Source: Promethearchaeati archaeon
GTDB taxonomy: Archaea; Asgardarchaeota; Heimdallarchaeia; Heimdallarchaeales; Heimdallarchaeaceae
Direction: 5' to 3'
NCBI GenBank assembly: GCA_013166775.1
Contig: JABLTJ010000037.1
Span: 1 to 50,674, forward strand
DNA length: 50,674 nt
Shown: positions 18,780 through 26,820 of the stretch, piece after piece
How positions within the stretch are numbered: position 1 is the stretch's first letter
Layout: each line of letters opens with the position of its first letter
Translations under genes and position numbers: made by a program
The notes under the pieces: model-generated
Database searches by the model: none
Seen by the model: the letters and a program-made list of their open reading frames with translations, nothing else
Told to the model about the DNA's origin: nothing

Positions 18780-20828
18780 CTAACTTGACCTGTAGCTTCT
18801 TATTCCAAATAGGTTTGCGATAACTGAATCTAACTCATACGATTCGGTTTCACTCATATCTCCTTTATACTGATCTTCAAGAATACCCTTAACAGAAAGA
18901 TGTTCAACAAGTCTATGCATCTTTCTACGGAGCATAAAGCTATCTCTTAAAGCAATTACTACTACTGAAAAAAGATTGGAATAGAATTCGATTAAGAGTT
19001 TGTATTGGCCATGGTCAATAGAAAGTACCCCTTGCTTCTGATCTACAAATAATTCGTTCATTAAATGTCTAATTGCAGATACAAATCCACCGAAGAGCAA
19101 ATCATCACTTACAGAAACATCTTCAGATAAGTAAGTGCTTATCGGTATTCCACTTGAATGAAAAATCAAAATAGCCATAGGTTTCTCTTCTTTTGGAGCA
19201 GCTAATTTCTTTGATTCCTTTCTTAAAATAGTTGAAATTGTACCAATGTCCTCAATGAAGCTGACCATTCTTGCACCTACAATTTGTTCTATCTCGCTTT
19301 CTATAGCTTGCTTAACTTGTTCAATCCTTGCTCTATAATCATCCATTAACAATGGAGTATATGTTCTAGCATAATCTTCTCCTCTTTTCAGAAGAAATAG
19401 AGCAGTTTCAAAATCTAGAAGCATTATTTTGATCTTAGCTCGAATATGATAAATAATGGATAATGATTCATACTTTGCCTTTTCCTCTAAATAAGTTACA
19501 ATATCTTCTAAGCATTTATCAGCTTCAATCAGCTCTTCCAGATTTAAAGAAATAGTATACTTTTTCAAGAAGACCATTGAGATCAAAACCAATGTTTTCG
19601 AACTTAGGATTTCATTTCCTAGTTCATCTGCTTGTACCATTGCATTTTGCAAATACTCTTGAGAAATGCCAAAATTATTACTTTTGTACTCCAGAAATCC
19701 TAGAAGGAACCAATAATATGCTTGTTGAGTTGGTGTTAGATCATCTTTCCACTCTCTATCAATCATCAATAAAATTTCTTCAACTTTACCTATTGCTTCT
19801 TGATAAAGTAGAATTTCAGCATATTTCATATTCATTGAAAGATCTTGGAAACCTTTTTTCTGTAAAATTTCAAGAACTATCTCCATTTCTTCAGTTGCTT
19901 TATCAAAATCCTCTTTAGCATAATAGACATCCGCGAAATTTGAATGCAAAACGTATAAGGAACGATAATCGCTTTTCCATTTCTCAACAATACTTTTGCT
20001 CTTATTATACCAGAACATAGCTTCATCCAGATGACCCATCTGTAAGTAAACATCTCCAATGCTTCCAGTAATGTGCCCTAATAATCTATCCATCTTGATT
20101 TCTCTAGCTATTGCTTCACTTTTTAGAAAGATTTGATGAGCTAATTGAAAATTTCCTCTATCTAGTTCGATTGTTCCTATTGTACTGTAAATTTGTGCAA
20201 AAATGATTCTATCATTTAGCGCACGATTAATGTTTAAGCACTCTTTGGTTTTGTTTCTAGCTAAGGATAGAACGTAGTTTGAACGCAGATATAAAGCATC
20301 CATTTCCAGCATATAAATCTGAATGAGTTTGAAAATATCCCCTCGCATTCCCTTTTCATCTTGAGTATTTAGTGCTATAAAGTTGAAACAATTTTCCCGA
20401 TTTTCAAGATATTTACTATATTTTTGAGTTAAGAAACCACTTATTGCTTCGACATAGTAAATAAATGCAGAAAGAATCGAATCTTTGAGCATGCGTTTTA
20501 GATTATCAATATTCTCATTATATTTTTCGTAATCTCCTTTAAAGATTAAATACATCAAATACCATAAACCCAAACCATCATTGTTGGTCTTTTCATACAG
20601 GTTATTGATTTCATCGAAATGCCCTCTATGGTACAAAATTCGCCCATATAAGAAACCAAATGAATTGGAGAAAGATGTTTCTTCTTTAGCTATTTTAGAG
20701 AGAACAGTCTCAATTTCCGCTAAATTTGTATTGGGATTAAATGCTTTGTAGTTTAAAATGGCTTCTCTCTCACTCTTCTCTAAGGAATGGAAACTAGATA
20801 GAATTTCTGGAGGAAGAACATCCTTCAT
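18780..20828 (-). CDS. TPR-repeat protein with C-terminal longin-like domain (paralogue C)
   Basis: TPRs such as SIGDVYLQMGHLDEAMFWYNKS; C-terminus ILIFHSSGIPISTY..DDLLFGGFVSAI..IDHGQYKLLIE..DSFMLRRK. Confidence 0.75.
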   Translation of the reverse strand: MKDVLPPEILSSFHSLEKSEREAILNYKAFNPNTNLAEIETVLSKIAKEETSFSNSFGFLYGRILYHRGHFDEINNLYEKTNNDGLGLWYLMYLIFKGDYEKYNENIDNLKRMLKDSILSAFIYYVEAISGFLTQKYSKYLENRENCFNFIALNTQDEKGMRGDIFKLIQIYMLEMDALYLRSNYVLSLARNKTKECLNINRALNDRIIFAQIYSTIGTIELDRGNFQLAHQIFLKSEAIAREIKMDRLLGHITGSIGDVYLQMGHLDEAMFWYNKSKSIVEKWKSDYRSLYVLHSNFADVYYAKEDFDKATEEMEIVLEILQKKGFQDLSMNMKYAEILLYQEAIGKVEEILLMIDREWKDDLTPTQQAYYWFLLGFLEYKSNNFGISQEYLQNAMVQADELGNEILSSKTLVLISMVFLKKYTISLNLEELIEADKCLEDIVTYLEEKAKYESLSIIYHIRAKIKIMLLDFETALFLLKRGEDYARTYTPLLMDDYRARIEQVKQAIESEIEQIVGARMVSFIEDIGTISTILRKESKKLAAPKEEKPMAILIFHSSGIPISTYLSEDVSVSDDLLFGGFVSAIRHLMNELFVDQKQGVLSIDHGQYKLLIEFYSNLFSVVVIALRDSFMLRRKMHRLVEHLSVKGILEDQYKGDMSETESYELDSVIANLFGIRSYRSS

Positions 20829-20969
20829 TATTGATGATATTCTATATGTTGTTAAAAATGTTAACTTAAAGGATGAATCCTTATATCCTTAATTCCAAGG
20901 GAAATCGTAATAAAGTGTCCTTGATTGATATCTATATAGATAAGAAATGCTTCTACTTGGAAGATACTA
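20829..20969. promoter_or_regulatory. Divergent promoter region with two palindromes
   Basis: TTTTTAAC on the minus strand at 20851-20858, 22 nt from the ATG of paralogue C; AAGGAT-ga-ATCCTT at 20869-20882; perfect TATCTATATAGATA at 20929-20942 at the TATA position of the methyltransferase gene. Confidence 0.45.
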
Positions 20970-22988
20970 ATGAAAAAGGCATCAATTTCCGAATCTATTG
21001 ACAAAGCATTCGAACTCTTTCACAAGAAAGGATTTTCTATAAATGAAATCAGATCTATTTTCCTGAAACTTTTTCTGCTAAGAAAACATGGTTTGATCAG
21101 TATTGGTGATTTAGAAAACAAGAATTTTCGAATGAAAGATTTTATTGATTCAAAATGTGTTATATCTTCACAATTCCTCAATAGAATGGAAAGGTTTCAT
21201 GTTTCAAATAAAGTAATTTCATCTAATCTAATTAGAGATTTATTCGACGTTTTTCGTGATCTTACTGATAATCAGTTCTTCTTGCTTTTAGATACTGAGA
21301 AGGCTCGTAAGAATAAGGGTCAATACTTTACTTCTCCAGAAATTGTTTCAAAGATTTATTCATCATTACTTCCAAACAGACAAAAAAGTGAAAACAGCAT
21401 TACTCTTGCTGATTTCTCTGTGGGATTAGGAGAGTTTGTCAAACCTTTCATTAATAATACGCAAGTTAGATACTATGCTGTGGAATTAGATCCCATTTCA
21501 TTTGAATTTCTATTGTTTAATTTAATCTGGAACCAAGAGCATGAGTTTTCTCAAAAAGCAAAAACTCTTCTTGTAATTCTTCAAGGAGATTCACTCCTAG
21601 GATATCAAGAATCTCTGTTTGAACAATTGATTGCAACGCATAAGGGATCGGAATTGTTAAAAAACTTGATTCAAATCAGGAAAAGAATATTGGAGAATGC
21701 AAATGAAGTCTCTTTAGAGAACATTTCAGATTATTTCCAGCGCAGAGAGGAAATAGCTAAGTATCATGAATCGCTATCTGAGTTTAATTGGTTTCTAGAT
21801 TTTCCTGAAATCTTCTTTGATGATGAACTAAAAAAACTGGAATTTTATGGATTTGATTTTATTGTTGGAAATCCTCCATGGGTTGGTTTCCAAGCTATCA
21901 ACCATGCTAAATATCGTTCGTTGTTTTCGAACAAATTCTTTTCTAAGGAATTATATGGAAAATTTAATTTCTCATTACCTTTCATGATTCTATCACATGA
22001 GCTCTCTAAACTAGGAGGGGGTGTTGTTATTCCAAGAGGCATTTTATCTGAAAAGTATGCTCAAATTTGGAGAAAAAAAATTATCCAGGATAGCTCTTTG
22101 TCCAAAATCACATTACTGCAAAAACAATGGTTTGATAATGTTCTAAACGAATTCTGTATAGTTTACTGGGATAAGAAAGATAGGAATAATGTTATTGAGA
22201 TTATAGATGAAGAAAATCAACAAGAAATAAAGATAGGACACGAGAGTATTAAATCACCTCTCTTCAGAATTCCACTCATACCTCAAGAAGTTTATGAAAA
22301 AATAGAGCACATTTTTGATATATCTCTAGAATTGCATGAAATATGTGACATCAGAAGAGGGTTAACTTTAAGTAGAATATATCAAGAGGAGTATTTCCAA
22401 AAGAAAGGAAAAACAGCTGAAAGACATCCAATTAAACAGCTAATTAGACACAACAAGAACAACTCAGATCATAAAGAGGGTGTGTTCAATTTTCAAATAC
22501 ACTATTTGGGAGAGGAATTTGTTTATGATAAAAATCTTCTAGGAGCACCAAGTTCTTCTGATTTTTTTGAGCGACCAAAGATAATTAGGAGAAACAGAGG
22601 AAAATATTGGTTAATAGGTTTAGACATTGAAGGCTCATATTATGTTAATGATATCTTTGATGTAATTATTCCAAAACAAAATGGATATGATGTTAAGACT
22701 ATTTTTGGGTGTCTAAGCTCTTCTATCTTTCAGTTTTTAGCTGAAAACTATCTTCAAAGAGATATCACATCCAACTTTGTAAGAAGTCTTCCTTATCCTA
22801 ATCTTTCTGATACAGATATTGAAGAGATTAAGAGAGCAGTTGATAGGTGGTTAACATCGATTAAGAGTAAGGAAGACTTTATTGTTATGAGAGAAAAAAT
22901 TGATCAAGTAATAAATAATTATTATAAACTGTCAAAAGATATTAGAGCAACGCTTGAAAATAACCTAAAGTTACGTTGGGTAGATTAG
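20970..22988 (+). CDS. N6-adenine (amino) DNA methyltransferase, gamma class / Eco57I-TaqI-like, with C-terminal target-recognition domain
   Basis: GQYFTS (motif X), DFSVGLGEF (motif I), QGDSLLG, FNWFLDFPEIFF, GFDFIVGNPPW (motif IV); TaqI-C-like tail with RPKII. Confidence 0.82.
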   Translation: MKKASISESIDKAFELFHKKGFSINEIRSIFLKLFLLRKHGLISIGDLENKNFRMKDFIDSKCVISSQFLNRMERFHVSNKVISSNLIRDLFDVFRDLTDNQFFLLLDTEKARKNKGQYFTSPEIVSKIYSSLLPNRQKSENSITLADFSVGLGEFVKPFINNTQVRYYAVELDPISFEFLLFNLIWNQEHEFSQKAKTLLVILQGDSLLGYQESLFEQLIATHKGSELLKNLIQIRKRILENANEVSLENISDYFQRREEIAKYHESLSEFNWFLDFPEIFFDDELKKLEFYGFDFIVGNPPWVGFQAINHAKYRSLFSNKFFSKELYGKFNFSLPFMILSHELSKLGGGVVIPRGILSEKYAQIWRKKIIQDSSLSKITLLQKQWFDNVLNEFCIVYWDKKDRNNVIEIIDEENQQEIKIGHESIKSPLFRIPLIPQEVYEKIEHIFDISLELHEICDIRRGLTLSRIYQEEYFQKKGKTAERHPIKQLIRHNKNNSDHKEGVFNFQIHYLGEEFVYDKNLLGAPSSSDFFERPKIIRRNRGKYWLIGLDIEGSYYVNDIFDVIIPKQNGYDVKTIFGCLSSSIFQFLAENYLQRDITSNFVRSLPYPNLSDTDIEEIKRAVDRWLTSIKSKEDFIVMREKIDQVINNYYKLSKDIRATLENNLKLRWVD

Positions 22989-23046
22989 AAAAAGCAACTT
23001 TCTGGAATTTTTATCGAGCTTTTATACTTATTTAGGCATTATTATA

Positions 23047-23571
23047 TTGATGAGCTACTTATCTTCAGATAGTCCTACTCAGATTGAAACAAAAACTGAT
23101 GAAGAGCTTAGAAGAATCATTGATGATCTTCATTTCGTCTTTTCAATTTTTGATGAAGAAGTTGGTCCTCTAATCTTATATGATGATTCTCCATTAGTGG
23201 AAGAAGTAGTTCAGAATCTCAATATCAAAGTCTTTCATTTTCTAATGCAAGGAGCTGAATTTGGCCCTGAAAATTATACCTCTATAAGAGGAATTATTCA
23301 GGTACCTCACTCGACTTACTATACCTCAGCAATTGATCTTTTAGTGGAAAAATATGATATTAGAAAGCAAGCTAAAGTTTACGTTCCTTTAGTTCTCTTT
23401 CTTATCTTCCCTAAGAAGGATCTAGTTTTCTACACAAAAATCGCTAACAGCATTGAAGATTTCTTCTCTAAACATTTCAGTGATGGTATCTATGGAATTC
23501 CCACAATACAGACCATTACCACACTTCTGAAACAGTTCAGAAAGAGCATAATTAACTTGCATTTTATTTAA
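23047..23571 (+). CDS. Stand-alone uDENN/longin-like domain protein
   Basis: FVFSIFDEEVGPLILY matches the F..F[DH]...GP.h.h start of NPRL2/FLCN/SMCR8/C9orf72-type longins; helix, beta strands and C-terminal helices follow. Confidence 0.6.
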   Translation: MMSYLSSDSPTQIETKTDEELRRIIDDLHFVFSIFDEEVGPLILYDDSPLVEEVVQNLNIKVFHFLMQGAEFGPENYTSIRGIIQVPHSTYYTSAIDLLVEKYDIRKQAKVYVPLVLFLIFPKKDLVFYTKIANSIEDFFSKHFSDGIYGIPTIQTITTLLKQFRKSIINLHFI

Positions 23572-23722
23572 ATAATGATTTTAATTCCGACAAAAATAAT
23601 TTAGAGGCTCTAAAAAAGAAGTATATTTAAGTAAAAATTTAAACTAAGTATAACTCTTTTATTAAATGAATTACTAATACAAATATAAGCGACGATTGAT
23701 TAAAACATTGCTTAACGAAACA

Positions 23723-23935
23723 TTATATTTTATTTAGCTGTTCTTTCTCTTTAATTCTAGAATTAGAAGGAATTTCTCCATTATAATACTCTTTTGCTAA
23801 AAATTCTGCCAATGCATCCCTAACAAGCTCAGAACGGGAGTGATAATTTCCCGAAGCTTCCATCTCCAACATCCACTTAATCATTGAATCCGTTACTTTA
23901 AATGTGATCAACCTTTTTTTCATCTCAAGCCCCAC
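23723..23935 (-). CDS. Ribbon-helix-helix (CopG/ParD-like) transcriptional regulator
   Basis: LITFKV strand, helix, then GNYHSRSELVRDAL. Confidence 0.85.
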   Translation of the reverse strand: MGLEMKKRLITFKVTDSMIKWMLEMEASGNYHSRSELVRDALAEFLAKEYYNGEIPSNSRIKEKEQLNKI

Positions 23936-24432
23936 TTTTTAGACAAATAATAAATCGTCCTATCCCACATATATAGTTTTTGTCGGTGACCTATTTATGT
24001 AATACCCCGATGATACAATTTTAGAAAAAGCTGAGGATATAGCAAATTGTTTAATCAAACTATTTTTCTTATACTTATTTTTTTAAATGTTTGCTAGACA
24101 CATTTGATTAAATGATTCACACAGATTTAAATAACAAATGTCTAGATGCAAATAAATTAGATTTAAGTCTAATAAACCTAAAGAAAATAGAATTGTAATG
24201 ACAAATAAGCAACCAAAGCAGAAAAATTAGTTAAAATAACATATGAATAAAAAAAGAAAAACCTTAACAATCACAGATATTGTTGTTTGTGTTAAAGATT
24301 TATTCCACAATTTTTTACTCGTATTAGAGCGAGAGAATCATATTTTTTACATAGATTTAAAAACGATTTTTTTTTGACAAAATGTTAATAAGAGTATTTT
24401 GACTGCATTTTCAACTTCCAACTAAGGAGCAT

Positions 24433-25638
24433 TTGAAGAAGATACGGTTGAAAAATAGGATGAGTAAAGTGTTAAAAGAAATAAAGAAAAACGATTTCGA
24501 AAGAATAAGATCTTTGTTTGAAGACGTCTTCTTCAATTTGAATAGTCTAGCAGTCATAAATGGAGATAATGATGGGAGAATATGGGTGGATGATATTGAA
24601 AATCCTCAAACAGGAATGATAGTTGACAATGAATGGGCGATCTATGTTGCGGGAAAATATACAAATAAGGGATTCAATAAATCTGCATGCGAAATAATAA
24701 AAAACGAAATTTTACCTAAAGCGGAAAAACATACAGAAAATGCCAATCCTGAATATAACAGTGGTGAATGGGTTATTTACTATAATGGAGATGAATGGTT
24801 TAAGGCTATAGAACAAGATTTCGGTGTTGAGGATTTTCTACCTTTAAGGAGATTTTATTATACATTCAAGCATTTGAAAATCCCAAATTGGAGAGATAAA
24901 ATTCCTGAAAATTTCTCCATTCAGCAAGTAGATAAGAAATTTCTTCAAAAAATAAATCTAATCAAGTTCGAAGAAGTAGATGGGTGGATAAGTACTAGGT
25001 GGCGTTCGATAGAGGATTTTCTTTCAAGAGGATTTGGTTTTTGTCTTGTAAAGGATGATAAGGAAATCATCAGTTGGGGGATGGCTGATTGGGTAACGGA
25101 AAATCAAGCAGAAATGGGGATAGGTACTAGTGAAGAATATAGAAGACAGGGATTTGCTACATTAGTAACATCAGCGACTGCTGAATATTGTCAAAAGAAT
25201 CAAATCAAACTTGGTTGGCATTGTAGTGAACACAATGATGCATCATGGAAAACAGCTGAGAAAGTAGGATTTGTTAAAGAACGTGAATATACTGCAGCTC
25301 TTAGGTATTTTGATGATAACTATAATCTATGGGAAAACGCATGGTATAGAGGTTTATATCTCAAAGTACCTGAAGAAGGACTCTATTATATTAATAAACT
25401 AATAAAGAAAATCAAACCAGAAGCAAGACATCTTTTCATTAAAGCACAGATATTGCTAGAAGCTGGAAAAAATGAAGATGCTTTAACAGCATTATATGAA
25501 ACCTTAGATTTAGGTCCCCAAAACATTGAAAGGTTTAAATCAATTATTCTTGAGAATGATTTTTTCAAACCTGTTAGGCAGCTTGAAAAATTCAGAAATT
25601 TAGTTGAAAAAATCGATAACGTGCTAAAGAGTTCTTAG
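24433..25638 (+). CDS. GNAT family N-acetyltransferase (YdfB-like) with C-terminal TPR-like extension (alternative start ATG 24460)
   Basis: GRIWVDD N-domain; EMGIGTSEEYRRQGFA acetyl-CoA motif A; WHCSEHNDASWKTAEKVGF; helical tail AQILLEAGKNEDALTAL. Confidence 0.85.
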   Translation: MKKIRLKNRMSKVLKEIKKNDFERIRSLFEDVFFNLNSLAVINGDNDGRIWVDDIENPQTGMIVDNEWAIYVAGKYTNKGFNKSACEIIKNEILPKAEKHTENANPEYNSGEWVIYYNGDEWFKAIEQDFGVEDFLPLRRFYYTFKHLKIPNWRDKIPENFSIQQVDKKFLQKINLIKFEEVDGWISTRWRSIEDFLSRGFGFCLVKDDKEIISWGMADWVTENQAEMGIGTSEEYRRQGFATLVTSATAEYCQKNQIKLGWHCSEHNDASWKTAEKVGFVKEREYTAALRYFDDNYNLWENAWYRGLYLKVPEEGLYYINKLIKKIKPEARHLFIKAQILLEAGKNEDALTALYETLDLGPQNIERFKSIILENDFFKPVRQLEKFRNLVEKIDNVLKSS

Positions 25639-25649
25639 AAACAGTATCG

Positions 25650-26768
25650 TTAGAACTCTCCAAAATCATCTTGTTCTTCGACATCGTATTTCCAACGAGA
25701 ATATTTCTTCATAATGTTCTCGATATCTCCAGAGATAGACCTAGCTAGTTCAGCTGCTGTTACTTCACTATCTTCTTTTTGAGTGGGTGGTGCTATTGGA
25801 GTGGTTTTAATGTCCAAGACAGCTTCTCCACTAATTTCCTCTTCTCGTTCTTTTTCTTCTTCTATAATATCCAACCATTCCCTGTATTTATCTATCTCTA
25901 CTACTTCTTTTCGGTGGTCTTTCATCATTTGAAAAATTTCTGATCTAATTGGTTTGGAGATGTCCCAGCACATTTGCCAGAGCATGTCTGATTGATATTC
26001 AGAGAATTTAATTGCTGTTTTCCTTGACATAAACTCAGTAAACTTCCAGAAATTTTCACCCAGTATATCAGCTATTTTTCTCTCAGCATTTTTCTCATCT
26101 GACTCTATACTAAGGATCGTTTGGATGCCTTCTAGCTGTTGAAAAACATATTTACGTATATAAGGCCACAAGTTTGGGAAACGTAGAAGCTCTTCTTTTT
26201 CTAGCAATTGTTGAGACTCTGGTGTTATTTCTTTATGCTTAACTTTTTTCTCTAACAATGCATGTGCTAGTTGATCAACAGTTTCATATCCGTTATTTTT
26301 GGCAATCATTTTTAGAGCTGAATCTATAGAATATAGAAGAGGTGCAGGATGTTCTAGTTTTGATTCCGTTAATAAATCTTCAACTGCGAGTTCAGAACCT
26401 ATCCCTCCCAATGATAGTGCTGCTCTGCTTTTCACTGATACATTTGGATCTTTCCTTACTGAAACCAATAGAGCAGAGATTGCTTGGGGAGAGGTAAATT
26501 TACCTAGCGATCTAGATGCTGCAAGCCTGATATTCTCGTTATTATCCATTAGGCAGAAAATTAAAGTTTCTATTGCTCTATGGTCCCCAATCTCAGCTAA
26601 AGCATTAATTGAATAAGTCCTATTTTCAATAGTATCTTGATTTACAACCTTAATTAGAGGGGTAACTGCTCTTTCATCTCTTAAATCGCCTAGAGCTAAA
26701 ATTGCTTCTTCTCGTTTTGCTGGGTCTTCGTTAGTTAGTTGTTTAATCAGCTTGCTGATATTTACCAT
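25650..26768 (-). CDS. HEAT/PBS-lyase repeat protein
   Basis: Repeats REEAILALGDL, RTYSINALAEIG, RLAASRSLGKF, KSRAALSLGGIG; acidic helical C-terminal half of unknown function. Confidence 0.85.
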   Translation of the reverse strand: MVNISKLIKQLTNEDPAKREEAILALGDLRDERAVTPLIKVVNQDTIENRTYSINALAEIGDHRAIETLIFCLMDNNENIRLAASRSLGKFTSPQAISALLVSVRKDPNVSVKSRAALSLGGIGSELAVEDLLTESKLEHPAPLLYSIDSALKMIAKNNGYETVDQLAHALLEKKVKHKEITPESQQLLEKEELLRFPNLWPYIRKYVFQQLEGIQTILSIESDEKNAERKIADILGENFWKFTEFMSRKTAIKFSEYQSDMLWQMCWDISKPIRSEIFQMMKDHRKEVVEIDKYREWLDIIEEEKEREEEISGEAVLDIKTTPIAPPTQKEDSEVTAAELARSISGDIENIMKKYSRWKYDVEEQDDFGEF

Positions 26769-26791
26769 TCAAATATAACAAGTTGGTAAAA

Positions 26792-26799
26792 ATATATAA
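26792..26799 (-). promoter_or_regulatory. Archaeal TATA box of HEAT gene
   Basis: TTATATAT on the minus strand, 23 nt upstream of ATG 26768. Confidence 0.55.
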
Positions 26800-26820
26800 T
26801 TGTATTGCTTAATTGATGGA

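Noticed and set aside
14552-20828. TPR-CHAT (caspase-like) or STAND/Avs antiviral proteins
   Set aside because: No His-Gly/Cys CHAT dyad and no Walker A NTPase motif; the C-terminal domains look longin-like
20970-22988. BREX, DISARM or complete R-M defence system
   Set aside because: No PglZ, BrxC, helicase, DUF1998, PLD or endonuclease gene nearby; flanking genes are longin-domain proteins
23723-23935. Type II toxin-antitoxin module
   Set aside because: No adjacent co-oriented toxin ORF (ParE, PIN or RelE)
23936-24432. Replication origin or CRISPR array in the long AT-rich gap
   Set aside because: No ORB-like repeats with G-strings, no cdc6/orc1 neighbour and no regularly spaced direct repeats
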